From: Balneolales bacterium | GTDB lineage: Bacteria; Bacteroidota; Rhodothermia; Balneolales; HLUCCA01 | Direction of reading: 5' to 3' | Assembly: GCA_041749075.1 (NCBI GenBank) | Contig: JBGTBY010000035.1 | Span: 278,104 to 342,103 of the forward strand | Length of the DNA stretch: 64,000 bases | Part shown: piece by piece, positions 9,073-18,008 of the stretch | Numbering within the stretch: the first letter of the stretch is position 1 | Layout of the letters: every line of letters starts with the position of its first letter | The notes under the pieces: generated by a model | Database searches by the model: none | Told to the model about the DNA's origin: nothing | What the model saw: only the letters and a program-made list of their open reading frames with translations | Made by a program: the position numbers and the translations under genes

Positions 9073-9666
9073 TTACAGGCGCTTAATCGTGCAACCGAGG
9101 GCGCGAGAGGTCGCCGTTGTGATGGCTTCACCTTTCGACAACTGACTCAATGCGTCTTTGATGAAGTATTTCTCAACCGCAGCGCGGTCGCGGCTGTTAT
9201 CGTCAATAGCCCCTACGAACACCAATTTGTTGCTTTTGTCGAGCAAGTAGACATGTGGCGTGCGAGTCGCGCCGTATGCATCCGCCAAACGATGGTCCTT
9301 GTCGAGCGCGTAGGTGAAGGCATAACCGAGGTCGGCATGACGTTTTTTCATGTCCGCCATCGACTCCCCATCCTTGCGGGTGGCTTCGTTCGGATTCACA
9401 TAAACAACTCCAACTCCATTGGCCGCAGCCAATTGAGCTACTTCGTTATAACGATTTTCCCAGGCATGCACCCAAGGACACGTATTGCTTGTGAAAATGA
9501 GCAGCGTTCCGTTTTCCTTTTTGATGTCGGCCAAAGAAACCTGCTTTCCATCGGTCGTTTCCATCTTGTAGTCCAACATCGGACCCGTTTTTCCGATCTC
9601 GAGTTCTTTCACATCCACCGAAGTGGTGGCAAGCAATGCGATTGCGGCAAGTATGATAAGTTTCAT
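9073..9666 (-). CDS. Secreted thioredoxin-fold protein (PRX-like/AhpC-TSA-like, single-Cys CPWV motif)
   Basis: Signal peptide MKLIILAAIALLATTS. FTSNTCPWVHAW sits in the position of a CxxC motif but has only the first Cys. Confidence 0.65.
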   Translation of the reverse strand: MKLIILAAIALLATTSVDVKELEIGKTGPMLDYKMETTDGKQVSLADIKKENGTLLIFTSNTCPWVHAWENRYNEVAQLAAANGVGVVYVNPNEATRKDGESMADMKKRHADLGYAFTYALDKDHRLADAYGATRTPHVYLLDKSNKLVFVGAIDDNSRDRAAVEKYFIKDALSQLSKGEAITTATSRALGCTIKRL

Positions 9667-10163
9667 GGTGTGATCGCGTTTTGGATATGGGTTTTGAATG
9701 TGTCGTAATCTGCCGGTAACTCAAAGAACGTTACAAGTCGTCCGTTCTTGTCATAGACCACTGTGGCGGGCATAGCACCCGTCCAATCAGGATGAATCGC
9801 AAGAATAAACGGTTCATCTTTGCCGTCGTTGATGTACGTCTGCCAATCGACCTTCTGTTCCTGAAGAAAGGTTTCGACTCGTGGCAGTTGATCTGGAAAG
9901 TCAGCAGAAATGAACACCACTTCCACTTGGTCTTTGAATTCCTCTCTCAATCTCACGAGATAGGGAAATTCTTCGACGCAGGGCACACACCACGTGGCCC
10001 ATACATTCACCAGAACGGCTTTCTCACCCACGAATGAGGTGAGTAAAGCAGGTATCGCCTCAGGCTGCAATGGCAGCACCGGTTTGATTGCTGTGTTCGC
10101 TTTGGGCGCGCAGGTTGCGACCAATAGCAAAACAATCGCCGATAGGAACAGATGATATCTCAT
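9663..10163 (-). CDS. TlpA/ResA-family thiol:disulfide oxidoreductase
   Basis: Signal/lipoprotein-like N-terminus and the WATWCVPCVEEFP (WCxxC) motif. 4-nt overlap with the downstream gene. Confidence 0.8.
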   Translation of the reverse strand: MRYHLFLSAIVLLLVATCAPKANTAIKPVLPLQPEAIPALLTSFVGEKAVLVNVWATWCVPCVEEFPYLVRLREEFKDQVEVVFISADFPDQLPRVETFLQEQKVDWQTYINDGKDEPFILAIHPDWTGAMPATVVYDKNGRLVTFFELPADYDTFKTHIQNAITP

Positions 10164-10167
10164 GATT

Positions 10168-10890
10168 TCAAGAAACCGTTTTTCCGGATTCTTCGCTGTA
10201 AAATCTTGTTTGGGATGTCTTCAACACCTCAGACAAAGCTCGATAAGCGGCTTTCAGAGACGGGTGTCCGTCGAGCATCGACAGATGCTTCGCTATCGTC
10301 TCCATATCGCCACGTGATGCGGGACCTGTCCGCGCGTCCATCGCCCCTGCGGTTTGGATGTTTAGTAACGTTTGCTGCATCAATCGTTCGAATAAGACAG
10401 AGGATGTTTGATCGATGCCGGCTTCATGCAGAATCTCATCCGCTCCCATATGAAGCGCTACAGTGAAGTTGGAAACCATCACAGCGGCCAAATGGATGAC
10501 TCTTTTTTGGTCAATGGTGACACGTAATGGGTTACCGCCGATCTCTGTCGCCAGCGTTTCTAGGGTGTTTAACAGTGATTCATCCCCTTCCAAAGATATT
10601 CCGCAGCCATGAAACACATCCGCACCGGCTCCGGATCGAATCGCTTGAATGGGATGCATCGAGGCTTTCGGGCCATTTCCAGCGAGTATGGACGATGGAT
10701 TTGTGCCGGATGTGTGCACCATCGGCAGTCCAGCATAAGTCGAGGACACCTGTGCGATCACATCATCCGGAACGCAAAGAAACAGGAGTTCTGGTGTGAG
10801 ATGAACATCCACTACATCATGTCCGGCAATGGTTAAGGCCTTTTCAAGCGCGGTCCCAACCTTCCCTTTGCCGATGATGGCGATGCGCAT
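10168..10890 (-). CDS. Rossmann-like plus DUF2520-type oxidoreductase (PanG-like family)
   Basis: MRIAIIGKGKVGTAL dinucleotide fold. C-terminal blocks HLAAVMVSNF and RTGPASRGD are typical of DUF2520 proteins. Confidence 0.6.
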   Translation of the reverse strand: MRIAIIGKGKVGTALEKALTIAGHDVVDVHLTPELLFLCVPDDVIAQVSSTYAGLPMVHTSGTNPSSILAGNGPKASMHPIQAIRSGAGADVFHGCGISLEGDESLLNTLETLATEIGGNPLRVTIDQKRVIHLAAVMVSNFTVALHMGADEILHEAGIDQTSSVLFERLMQQTLLNIQTAGAMDARTGPASRGDMETIAKHLSMLDGHPSLKAAYRALSEVLKTSQTRFYSEESGKTVS

Positions 10891-11567
10891 TAGAGTCCGC
10901 TGGCGAATGCGACGCCGGTGTTCAATGACTCACCCGCTTGGGATGCCGGCAAGAATTCGATATCCAGATCCCAAGCGTTCGCGACGAGCATGCCCCCGAT
11001 GAAGACTTCGGATCCGGTCATCTCCACCGCGCCGCTGTTCACCAGGTTGAACAGATTGGAGATGTTTTTCGCATCGATTTGCTCCTTCAACAATGCCCAC
11101 GATTCCTTATGGCTCGATTCCAATTCCGAAGCGACGACCAACAGCGCGTTGCGTCCGCCCATGATTTCACTCATCACATAGGAGAATTCACGTACGATGG
11201 CAGGATCGGCATCGCAGATCGGCACACTCACCACGCTGAAATCGCTCATCACATCTTGCAGCAAAGGTAGATGCTGATAGATGGCCATGTCGGAACCAAG
11301 GGCTACATCATCGATGTAAAAGTCGTCATCCTCATCACAGAAGTCGTTTCTAAGCAGATCGTTTACCGGAATAGCGCCTTTTGGCGTCACAAATTCGTCA
11401 ATCGCCGGCATCGGAATCTTCTTGCTCGACTGTTCTGCCCGACTTTCGGCGAACACGACGGTATCGTAATTCGCACCAGACAACTTCGAATACAGGCGGA
11501 TCACCTGCTCCCGATTGCGATCGGTGATGGAATTCGGGACAAACAGAATGCGGATGGCGGATTTCAT
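10890..11567 (-). CDS. Hypothetical protein, possible MEMO/AmmeMemoRadiSam-B-like fold with substituted ligand positions
   Basis: 225 aa from the ATG at 11565-11567 (ATGA overlap with the PPTase stop). The block order resembles MEMO-family proteins, but the usual His/Cys positions read VPNSI, AESR, ASELES and TG. Fold assignment is by eye only. Confidence 0.35.
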   Translation of the reverse strand: MKSAIRILFVPNSITDRNREQVIRLYSKLSGANYDTVVFAESRAEQSSKKIPMPAIDEFVTPKGAIPVNDLLRNDFCDEDDDFYIDDVALGSDMAIYQHLPLLQDVMSDFSVVSVPICDADPAIVREFSYVMSEIMGGRNALLVVASELESSHKESWALLKEQIDAKNISNLFNLVNSGAVEMTGSEVFIGGMLVANAWDLDIEFLPASQAGESLNTGVAFASGL

Positions 11568-12085
11568 AAAGTAGAAGTTGTGTAGGCCAGGCTGAGCCAG
11601 ACGTCGGGTCGCTCGATCAAAATACCATGAAATACATGTCCGTTCCACTCGCACACAAATCGGCTTTCATCTACCTGCTGTAGATGGATGCGGTTCATCC
11701 CTACTCTCAATCCCCTACCGGTGCATTTCAGGATGCTTTCTTTCAAGGTCCATACGTTCAAAGGCTCCGCATAAAGCTCAATCGGTTCATCGGGGTGTCG
11801 CATCCGGTCTTTCAGTTTCGGATGCACGATGCGGTCGCGACGTTCCGCATCCAATCCCACTTGCCCATTCATGGCCACGCAAATCGCTTGAAAACCGCTC
11901 GTATGCGTAATGCTGCACGGACGCGTTTGTCCATTATCGTGCGACAGATAAGGCCTCCCTGCTGCTTCTTTGCCCAATCGGAAGCCTGGAGCCACATGTT
12001 GAAGCAACGAATCCACCGGATCGGCATCGGATGTGATCAATCGGATCGGATGATCCTGAACAAGGGTGATGTCGTCTATCTTCAC
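11564..12085 (-). CDS. 4'-phosphopantetheinyl transferase (Sfp/EntD-type)
   Basis: 173 aa. GRPY, SITHT, VGLDAE and WTLKESILKCTG motifs. Confidence 0.75.
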   Translation of the reverse strand: MKIDDITLVQDHPIRLITSDADPVDSLLQHVAPGFRLGKEAAGRPYLSHDNGQTRPCSITHTSGFQAICVAMNGQVGLDAERRDRIVHPKLKDRMRHPDEPIELYAEPLNVWTLKESILKCTGRGLRVGMNRIHLQQVDESRFVCEWNGHVFHGILIERPDVWLSLAYTTSTL

Positions 12086-12153
12086 AAGAATCGTGTTAAA
12101 AAGCCGTATTTTCGGGCAAAATACCGCATAAAAACCACATAAGACACGACGAC

Positions 12154-13656
12154 ATGCTGCCTCAAGAACCCAGCCAAAACGACCTGGAAGCGCAACGCCG
12201 CTACAAATTGGCTGAAATCCGCGAAAAAGGGGTTCAACCTTTCGCTTATGAATTTGATGTGACCCACCACAGCACCGGAATCAAGGCCGAATACCAGGAA
12301 GGCTTGGTGGTTTCAATAGCCGGACGGATGATGACACGCCGCGTGATGGGAAAAGCCGCGTTTTTCAACCTTCAGGACTCCGAAGGCACCATCCAGGTGT
12401 ACATCCGACGCGATGACATCGGAGAATCCCTCTACAATGAGATTTTCAAGCACTTGGTGGATCTGGGTGATATCGTGGGCATCAAAGGTCATGTGTTTCT
12501 GACGCAAACCGGCGAAATCACGGTCCATGCCACTCATTTCGAGTTATTGACCAAAGCCATCCGCCCCATCCCCATCGCCAAAGAAATCGAGAATGAGAAC
12601 GGCGAGAAAGTGGTGTTCGATGCCTTCGCCGACAAAGAACTTCGTTATCGGATGCGGTATGTGGATTTGATCGTGAATCCACACGTGCGCGAAACCTTTA
12701 AGAAGCGCTCGAAAATCGTGAATGTGATGCGGAATTTCATGCAGGATGCGGGCTATCTCGAAGTGGAGACTCCCATCCTTCAGCCCATGTATGGTGGCGC
12801 TTCAGCACGGCCATTTGTCACCCATCACAATGCGCTGGACATGAAACTGTACCTGCGCATCGCCAATGAGCTCTATCTTAAACGCCTTATCGTGGGCGGA
12901 TTCGACGGGGTGTTTGAATTTTCAAAGGATTTCCGCAATGAAGGGATGTCCCGATTCCACAATCCGGAATTCACACAGGTCGAGCTCTATGTGGCGTACA
13001 AAGATTACAATTGGATGATGGATTTCGTTGAAGCGATGGTCGAAGCCGTCGCATTGGCGCTACATGGCACCACAGAAATGCCTGTTGGAGACCATCAGAT
13101 CAATTTCCAGCGTCCATGGCCCCGCATCACGATGTATGATGCCATCAAACAAGAGACAGGTGTCGATATCTGCACGATGGATGACGCCCAATTGCGTGAT
13201 GCGGCCCGTTCATTGAAGGTCCATGTGGACGATACCATGGGTAAAGGCAAGATCATCGACGAACTGTTCGGCACCTTTGTGGAGCATAAGCTCATCCAAC
13301 CGACATTCATCACGGATTATCCGATTGAAATGAGTCCGTTGGCTAAGAAACATCGCACAAAAGACGGTCTTGTCGAGCGTTTCGAAGCCATTTGCAATGG
13401 GAAAGAGATCGCGAACGCCTTTTCCGAATTAAATGACCCCATCGACCAGCGCGAGCGATTCAACGACCAAGTGGCGTTGCGAGAAGCCGGCGACGAAGAA
13501 GCGATGGGCTTGGATGAGGACTTTCTCCGCGCATTGGAATTCGGAATGCCACCAACGGCCGGACTAGGTATCGGCATCGACCGACTCAGTATGATCATGA
13601 CGAATTCGGAATCCATCCGAGACGTGCTTTTCTTCCCGCATATGCGTCCGGAATAA
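12154..13656 (+). CDS. lysS: Lysine--tRNA ligase (class II)
   Basis: 500 aa. OB-fold N-domain, motif 2 [20 protein letters not shown] and motif 3 GLGIGIDRL. Confidence 0.95.
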   Translation: MLPQEPSQNDLEAQRRYKLAEIREKGVQPFAYEFDVTHHSTGIKAEYQEGLVVSIAGRMMTRRVMGKAAFFNLQDSEGTIQVYIRRDDIGESLYNEIFKHLVDLGDIVGIKGHVFLTQTGEITVHATHFELLTKAIRPIPIAKEIENENGEKVVFDAFADKELRYRMRYVDLIVNPHVRETFKKRSKIVNVMRNFMQDAGYLEVETPILQPMYGGASARPFVTHHNALDMKLYLRIANELYLKRLIVGGFDGVFEFSKDFRNEGMSRFHNPEFTQVELYVAYKDYNWMMDFVEAMVEAVALALHGTTEMPVGDHQINFQRPWPRITMYDAIKQETGVDICTMDDAQLRDAARSLKVHVDDTMGKGKIIDELFGTFVEHKLIQPTFITDYPIEMSPLAKKHRTKDGLVERFEAICNGKEIANAFSELNDPIDQRERFNDQVALREAGDEEAMGLDEDFLRALEFGMPPTAGLGIGIDRLSMIMTNSESIRDVLFFPHMRPE

Positions 13657-13657
13657 C

Positions 13658-14884
13658 ATGGATGTCATTGGATTCATCGCACTGAGGTATTTCACGGGAA
13701 AACGGAAAGGAGCCTCCTTCCTCTCCTTCGCCAAGATCATATCGGTGACAGGAGTTGCGGTCGGCAGCGCGGGTTTGTTGATCGCGCTATCCGTGGTGCA
13801 TGGATTCAAATCGACGATTCAAGACAAGATCCTCGGCTTCGGAACGCATATATCGATCACATCCATCGCCGATACGCCCTTGTATCGTGCCGATAGTCTG
13901 ATCGCCCACATCCAGAATTGGCCCGAGATCGAATCCATCCAGCCGGTGATTTACGGACAAGTGATGATCCAGCATAAGGACAACGTGGAAGGCACCTTCA
14001 TGAAAGGCGTGTCTGAAGCCGGGGATGTGACCGACCTCAAATCGTACATCCGAAGTGGGGCCTACGACCTGACCACAAACGAGGACGGTATCAGCGGGAT
14101 GGTGATCGGATCCAAGCTTGCAGGGAATCTCGGCGCGGAGCCCGGAAGCCTCATCACGCTCTACGCGGTTCGTGGGATGCCTTCGGCACGCAACCTTCCC
14201 GAATTGCGACGTTTTCGGATCACCGGCATCTACGAAACCGGAATCGACCGATTCGATGATGTCTTCGTACTCGTGTCGGAATTCCATGCGCGCCAATTGC
14301 TTGACATGCCATATCCCACCGCGCATCAAGTAGACATTCGCCTTCGATCGATTTCAGAGATTCCGGCTGTCGAAGAAAAATTAGATCGAATTGTGATGTT
14401 CCCTTACATGGCGGAAACCGTGTACATCCGGTATTCAAACATCTTCGCTTGGGTCAATCTCCAAGAACAAACCGTACCCTTGGTGATCGGAGTGATGATC
14501 ATCATCGCCGCGTTCAATTTAATCGGAACGGTTCTGATGATGGTGTTGGAGCGAGTCAGGGATATCGGCATCCTGAAAACCATGGGCGCGACGACGCAGC
14601 AAATCCGCAAGATATTTCTGATGGAAGGACTGATCGTGGGAATCGTCGGGATCACGATCGGTATCGGCATCGCGGTGCTTTTCAGTTGGTTGCAGGGCAC
14701 CTACGGCATCATTCCACTCGACCAAGAGAACTATTACATGAGCACCGCACCGGTGGAGCCACAGATGCTAGATTATGTGTGGGTCAGCGTGGTATCGATT
14801 CTGCTGTGCGGATTGGCCTCTTGGCTGCCAGCGAACGTGGCATCAAAGATTGACCCGCTGAATGTGATCCACTTCGGGCGGTGA
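13658..14884 (+). CDS. LolC/LolE-type ABC transporter permease (FtsX-like)
   Basis: 408 aa. N-terminal TM, large periplasmic domain and a C-terminal FtsX-type 3-TM bundle (ILKTMGATTQQIRKIF). Confidence 0.85.
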   Translation: MDVIGFIALRYFTGKRKGASFLSFAKIISVTGVAVGSAGLLIALSVVHGFKSTIQDKILGFGTHISITSIADTPLYRADSLIAHIQNWPEIESIQPVIYGQVMIQHKDNVEGTFMKGVSEAGDVTDLKSYIRSGAYDLTTNEDGISGMVIGSKLAGNLGAEPGSLITLYAVRGMPSARNLPELRRFRITGIYETGIDRFDDVFVLVSEFHARQLLDMPYPTAHQVDIRLRSISEIPAVEEKLDRIVMFPYMAETVYIRYSNIFAWVNLQEQTVPLVIGVMIIIAAFNLIGTVLMMVLERVRDIGILKTMGATTQQIRKIFLMEGLIVGIVGITIGIGIAVLFSWLQGTYGIIPLDQENYYMSTAPVEPQMLDYVWVSVVSILLCGLASWLPANVASKIDPLNVIHFGR

Positions 14885-14892
14885 GAGAATTT

Positions 14893-14981
14893 ACAGGAGG
14901 ACAGGAGTACGGGAGGTCATTACAGCGGACACCAATTAAAGCATCGCTTAATAATTACCTCCCATCCCCCCATCCTCCTGT
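14893..14981. repeat. Long inverted repeat (25-nt arms of three tandem octamers) between convergent lolC/E-like and ald genes
   Basis: Left arm ACAGGAGG-ACAGGAGT-ACGGGAGG-T (14893-14917) and right arm ACCTCCCA-TCCCCCCA-TCCTCCTGT (14957-14981). 20 Watson-Crick pairs; 4 of the 5 mismatches become G-U pairs only in the minus-strand (ald-sense) RNA. Confidence 0.8.
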
Positions 14982-14990
14982 GACATATTC

Positions 14991-16106
14991 TTAATTCAGC
15001 ACGCTGGAGGCTGGTTTGGAATCAAACCCGAAGGCTTCGGCCACGTCTTTGTAGACAATCGTGCCGAACGCGATGTTCAAGCCCAGTTCGAGCTCTTTGT
15101 TCTGACGGCACGCCTCTTTCCAACCTTTGTTCGCGATTTGGACCGCGTATGGCAAGGTCACATTCGTCAATCCTTTTGTGGATGTGTTCGGTACCGCACC
15201 TGGCATGTTGGCCACGCAGTAGTGAACCACCTCATCCACCACATAAATCGGATCGTCGTGGGTGGTTGGTTTTGCGGTTTCAATACATCCACCTTGGTCA
15301 ATCGCCACATCCACAATCACGGAACCCGGCATCATGGATGAAAGCATGTCGCGAGTGATGAGGTGCGGCGCTTTGGCACCAGGGATCAGAACAGCACCGA
15401 TCACGAGATCCATCGTTTTGATGTATTCGCGGATGTTGCCTGCGGACGAGAACACCGTGGTCACGTTTTTCGGCATGATATCATCCAAATAACGCAAGCG
15501 GTTCAGGTTCACATCCATAATGAACACGTTTGCGCCCATACCGGCTGCGATTTTCGCGGCATTCACACCCACAATTCCACCACCAAGCACCAACACATTC
15601 GCTGGAGGAACACCTGGGATGCCCCCGAGCAACACGCCACGTCCGCCTTGCGCCTTCTCGAGGTACTTCGCTCCTTCTTGCACCGACATCCGTCCGGCTA
15701 CTTCCGACATCGGGATGAGCAATGGCAACGAACGATCGGCTTTTTCAACGGTCTCGTAGGCGATCGCTATACATTTCGAAGCCATCACAGCTTCGGTCAA
15801 GTTCTTCTCAGCGGCGAAATGGAAATAGGTGAATAGGATTTGTCCTTCGCGCATCATCGGATACTCACGGGCGATCGGCTCCTTCACTTTCATGATCATA
15901 TCGGATTTGGCCCAGATATCGCGCACATCGTCGACAATCGTCGCACCAGCTTCGACATAATCAGAGTCAGGAAAGCTACTACCGAGTCCAGCACCTTTTT
16001 CAACAAGGACGGTATGGCCGTGGCGTTTGATTTCAACTACACCGGCAGGAACGAGCGCTACCCGGTTTTCGTGGGTCTTGATTTCTTTAGGTACACCGAT
16101 AATCAT
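14991..16106 (-). CDS. ald: Alanine dehydrogenase
   Basis: 371 aa. MIIGVPKEIKTHENRVAL N-terminus and NAD fold VLVLGGGIVGVNAAKIA. Confidence 0.95.
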   Translation of the reverse strand: MIIGVPKEIKTHENRVALVPAGVVEIKRHGHTVLVEKGAGLGSSFPDSDYVEAGATIVDDVRDIWAKSDMIMKVKEPIAREYPMMREGQILFTYFHFAAEKNLTEAVMASKCIAIAYETVEKADRSLPLLIPMSEVAGRMSVQEGAKYLEKAQGGRGVLLGGIPGVPPANVLVLGGGIVGVNAAKIAAGMGANVFIMDVNLNRLRYLDDIMPKNVTTVFSSAGNIREYIKTMDLVIGAVLIPGAKAPHLITRDMLSSMMPGSVIVDVAIDQGGCIETAKPTTHDDPIYVVDEVVHYCVANMPGAVPNTSTKGLTNVTLPYAVQIANKGWKEACRQNKELELGLNIAFGTIVYKDVAEAFGFDSKPASSVLN

Positions 16107-16148
16107 ATGTAAGGAGGCTGAAGGTTATTTTGTCGCAATTGGATGCCC

Positions 16149-16175
16149 AAAATTACCACAAAATCAGGTAATTTT
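16149..16175. promoter_or_regulatory. Perfect 9-bp inverted repeat AAAATTACC-N9-GGTAATTTT in the ald / DUF58 divergent region
   Basis: Read directly from the sequence. Sits 43-69 nt upstream of the ald ATG and 14-40 nt upstream of the DUF58 ATG. Confidence 0.3.
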
Positions 16176-16188
16176 AGCGCCTTAGAGT

Positions 16189-17064
16189 ATGATATCCAAA
16201 GACGTCCTAGCACAAGTCCGAAAGCTCGAAATTCGCACAAAGGGACTGGTAAACAACCTGTTCGGGGGAGAATACCATTCCGCTTTCAAGGGGCGTGGTA
16301 TGATTTTTTCCGAAGTCCGCCCCTATCAATATGGCGATGACATCCGCCAAATCGACTGGAACGTGACGGCCCGAACCGGCGACCCACACATCAAAGTATT
16401 TGAAGAAGAACGCGAGCAAACGCTGATGTTGCTCGTCGACATCTCCCCCAGTGGCTTGTTCGGCAGCGGTGGACGACGCAAAGTGGATCTCATCACCGAA
16501 TTATGTGCTGTTTTGGCATTCAGCGCCATCAAGAACAATGACAAAGTGGGATTGTTGCTGTTCACCGACCGAATCGAAAAAGTGGTCCTACCTCGTAAAG
16601 GGCGCACCCATGTGCTTCGCTTGATCCGGGATCTGTACGCGACCAAGCCGGTCGGACAAGGAACCGACATCGGAGAAGCCCTCAGTTTCACGAACAAAGT
16701 GTTGAATCGTCGCTCGATTGTGATTCTGGCCAGTGATTTCATCACGGATGGGTATGAATCCGCTATCCGAGTCACCAATCGAAAACACGACCTCGTGAAC
16801 ATCCATATCAGTGATCCTCTGGAGATCGCATTGCCTGATTTGGGCCTCCTTCCCATAAAAGATGCCGAAACCGGCGCGATTCGCTTGATTCCAACCTTTC
16901 GTCGTTCCGCGCGCGACACCTTTCGTCGTGAACACGAAGCCCGTTTGGAGCGGATCGAGCAGCGGTTCAAACAGCTTCAACTGGATCATATCCGCATCGA
17001 ATCGGGTGAATCGTACATCGAACCCCTTCGCAATTACTTTCAACGCCGCGCCCAACGCCATTGA
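16189..17064 (+). CDS. DUF58 domain protein (MoxR/Bat-locus associated)
   Basis: 291 aa with the signature VRPYQYGDDIRQIDWNVTAR. Confidence 0.85.
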   Translation: MISKDVLAQVRKLEIRTKGLVNNLFGGEYHSAFKGRGMIFSEVRPYQYGDDIRQIDWNVTARTGDPHIKVFEEEREQTLMLLVDISPSGLFGSGGRRKVDLITELCAVLAFSAIKNNDKVGLLLFTDRIEKVVLPRKGRTHVLRLIRDLYATKPVGQGTDIGEALSFTNKVLNRRSIVILASDFITDGYESAIRVTNRKHDLVNIHISDPLEIALPDLGLLPIKDAETGAIRLIPTFRRSARDTFRREHEARLERIEQRFKQLQLDHIRIESGESYIEPLRNYFQRRAQRH

Positions 17065-18008
17065 TGAAACGACTGATCGCTTTATTCTTTTTCGTTTGGA
17101 TGTGCTCGAGTGCGGATGCCCAGCAGATCCGCGTCTATCTCTCCAATGATTCCTTGGCCGCTGGCGAGCGCTTCGAATATCGTGTGAGGATCGATTTCGG
17201 CTCGACGTATGACCACGTGCTTCCGCCAGACAGCGCCGCATGGGGTGACCTCGTCGAGTTCAAATCCATGAAACGGGTCGAAACTCCTTCCGGTCGGGAC
17301 AGCATCGTCATCACATTGCAGTTCTTCGGCACGAAAGACACCCTCATCACACCGAAGACATTCAAACTGATTGGTCCGGATACGCTATCCATCTCCTCAC
17401 CTACGATTCCGGTCTTCTTCAAAAGCCGGGTTCCGGCAACCGAAACCGAACTTCAGCCGCTCAAACCGATTTATGCCTTCGCTAGAAATTGGCTCCCATG
17501 GATTCTTCTGTTCTTTGTGGTGATGGGTATCGCCTACTATGTCTATTCTCGCATCAGAAAACGTCCGGAAATTCCTGTTTATACGCCGATTGTCGTTCCG
17601 ATGACGCCGTTTGTAAGTCCGCTTGATAGTCTGAATACCGAGTTAGAGTCATTGAAGCGCAAGGACTTGGTGAAAGCTGGCGATTATAAATCCTTCTATA
17701 CCGAGCTGGGAGATATCCTCCGCCGATACATCGAAGACGCACATGAAATCGCTGCTCTGGAAAGCACGACCGGTGAATTGCGTCGCTCTTTCAAGCATCG
17801 TGGATTGCACAGCGAATTGGCCCATCCACTCTTATATATACTGGATGAAGCCGACATGGTGAAGTTCGCGAAGTTCGCTCCGACCGAGTCTGCCGCCAAC
17901 GCCTGCTTCAAACATGCAAGAGCGTTCAGCGAAGCAGCACAGAAACTGGATCATTTCCGCATCCAAGCACTGCGCGATACCTACGAGAGGCAACATGGTC
18001 CTGCTTGA
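17061..18008 (+). CDS. Bat-locus membrane protein (signal peptide, one TM, DUF4381-like C-terminal region)
   Basis: 315 aa. Signal peptide MMKRLIALFFFVWMCSSADA, TM WLPWILLFFVVMGIAYYVY, 4-nt overlap with DUF58. Family assignment is tentative. Confidence 0.45.
   Translation: MMKRLIALFFFVWMCSSADAQQIRVYLSNDSLAAGERFEYRVRIDFGSTYDHVLPPDSAAWGDLVEFKSMKRVETPSGRDSIVITLQFFGTKDTLITPKTFKLIGPDTLSISSPTIPVFFKSRVPATETELQPLKPIYAFARNWLPWILLFFVVMGIAYYVYSRIRKRPEIPVYTPIVVPMTPFVSPLDSLNTELESLKRKDLVKAGDYKSFYTELGDILRRYIEDAHEIAALESTTGELRRSFKHRGLHSELAHPLLYILDEADMVKFAKFAPTESAANACFKHARAFSEAAQKLDHFRIQALRDTYERQHGPA

Noticed and set aside
16110-16117. Perfect Shine-Dalgarno-like TAAGGAGG on the plus strand just outside the ald start.
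   Set aside because: The nearest downstream ATG (16143) is 26 nt away and opens a motif-free 65-aa ORF that overlaps the DUF58 gene start out of frame. Probably a coincidence within the ald upstream region.
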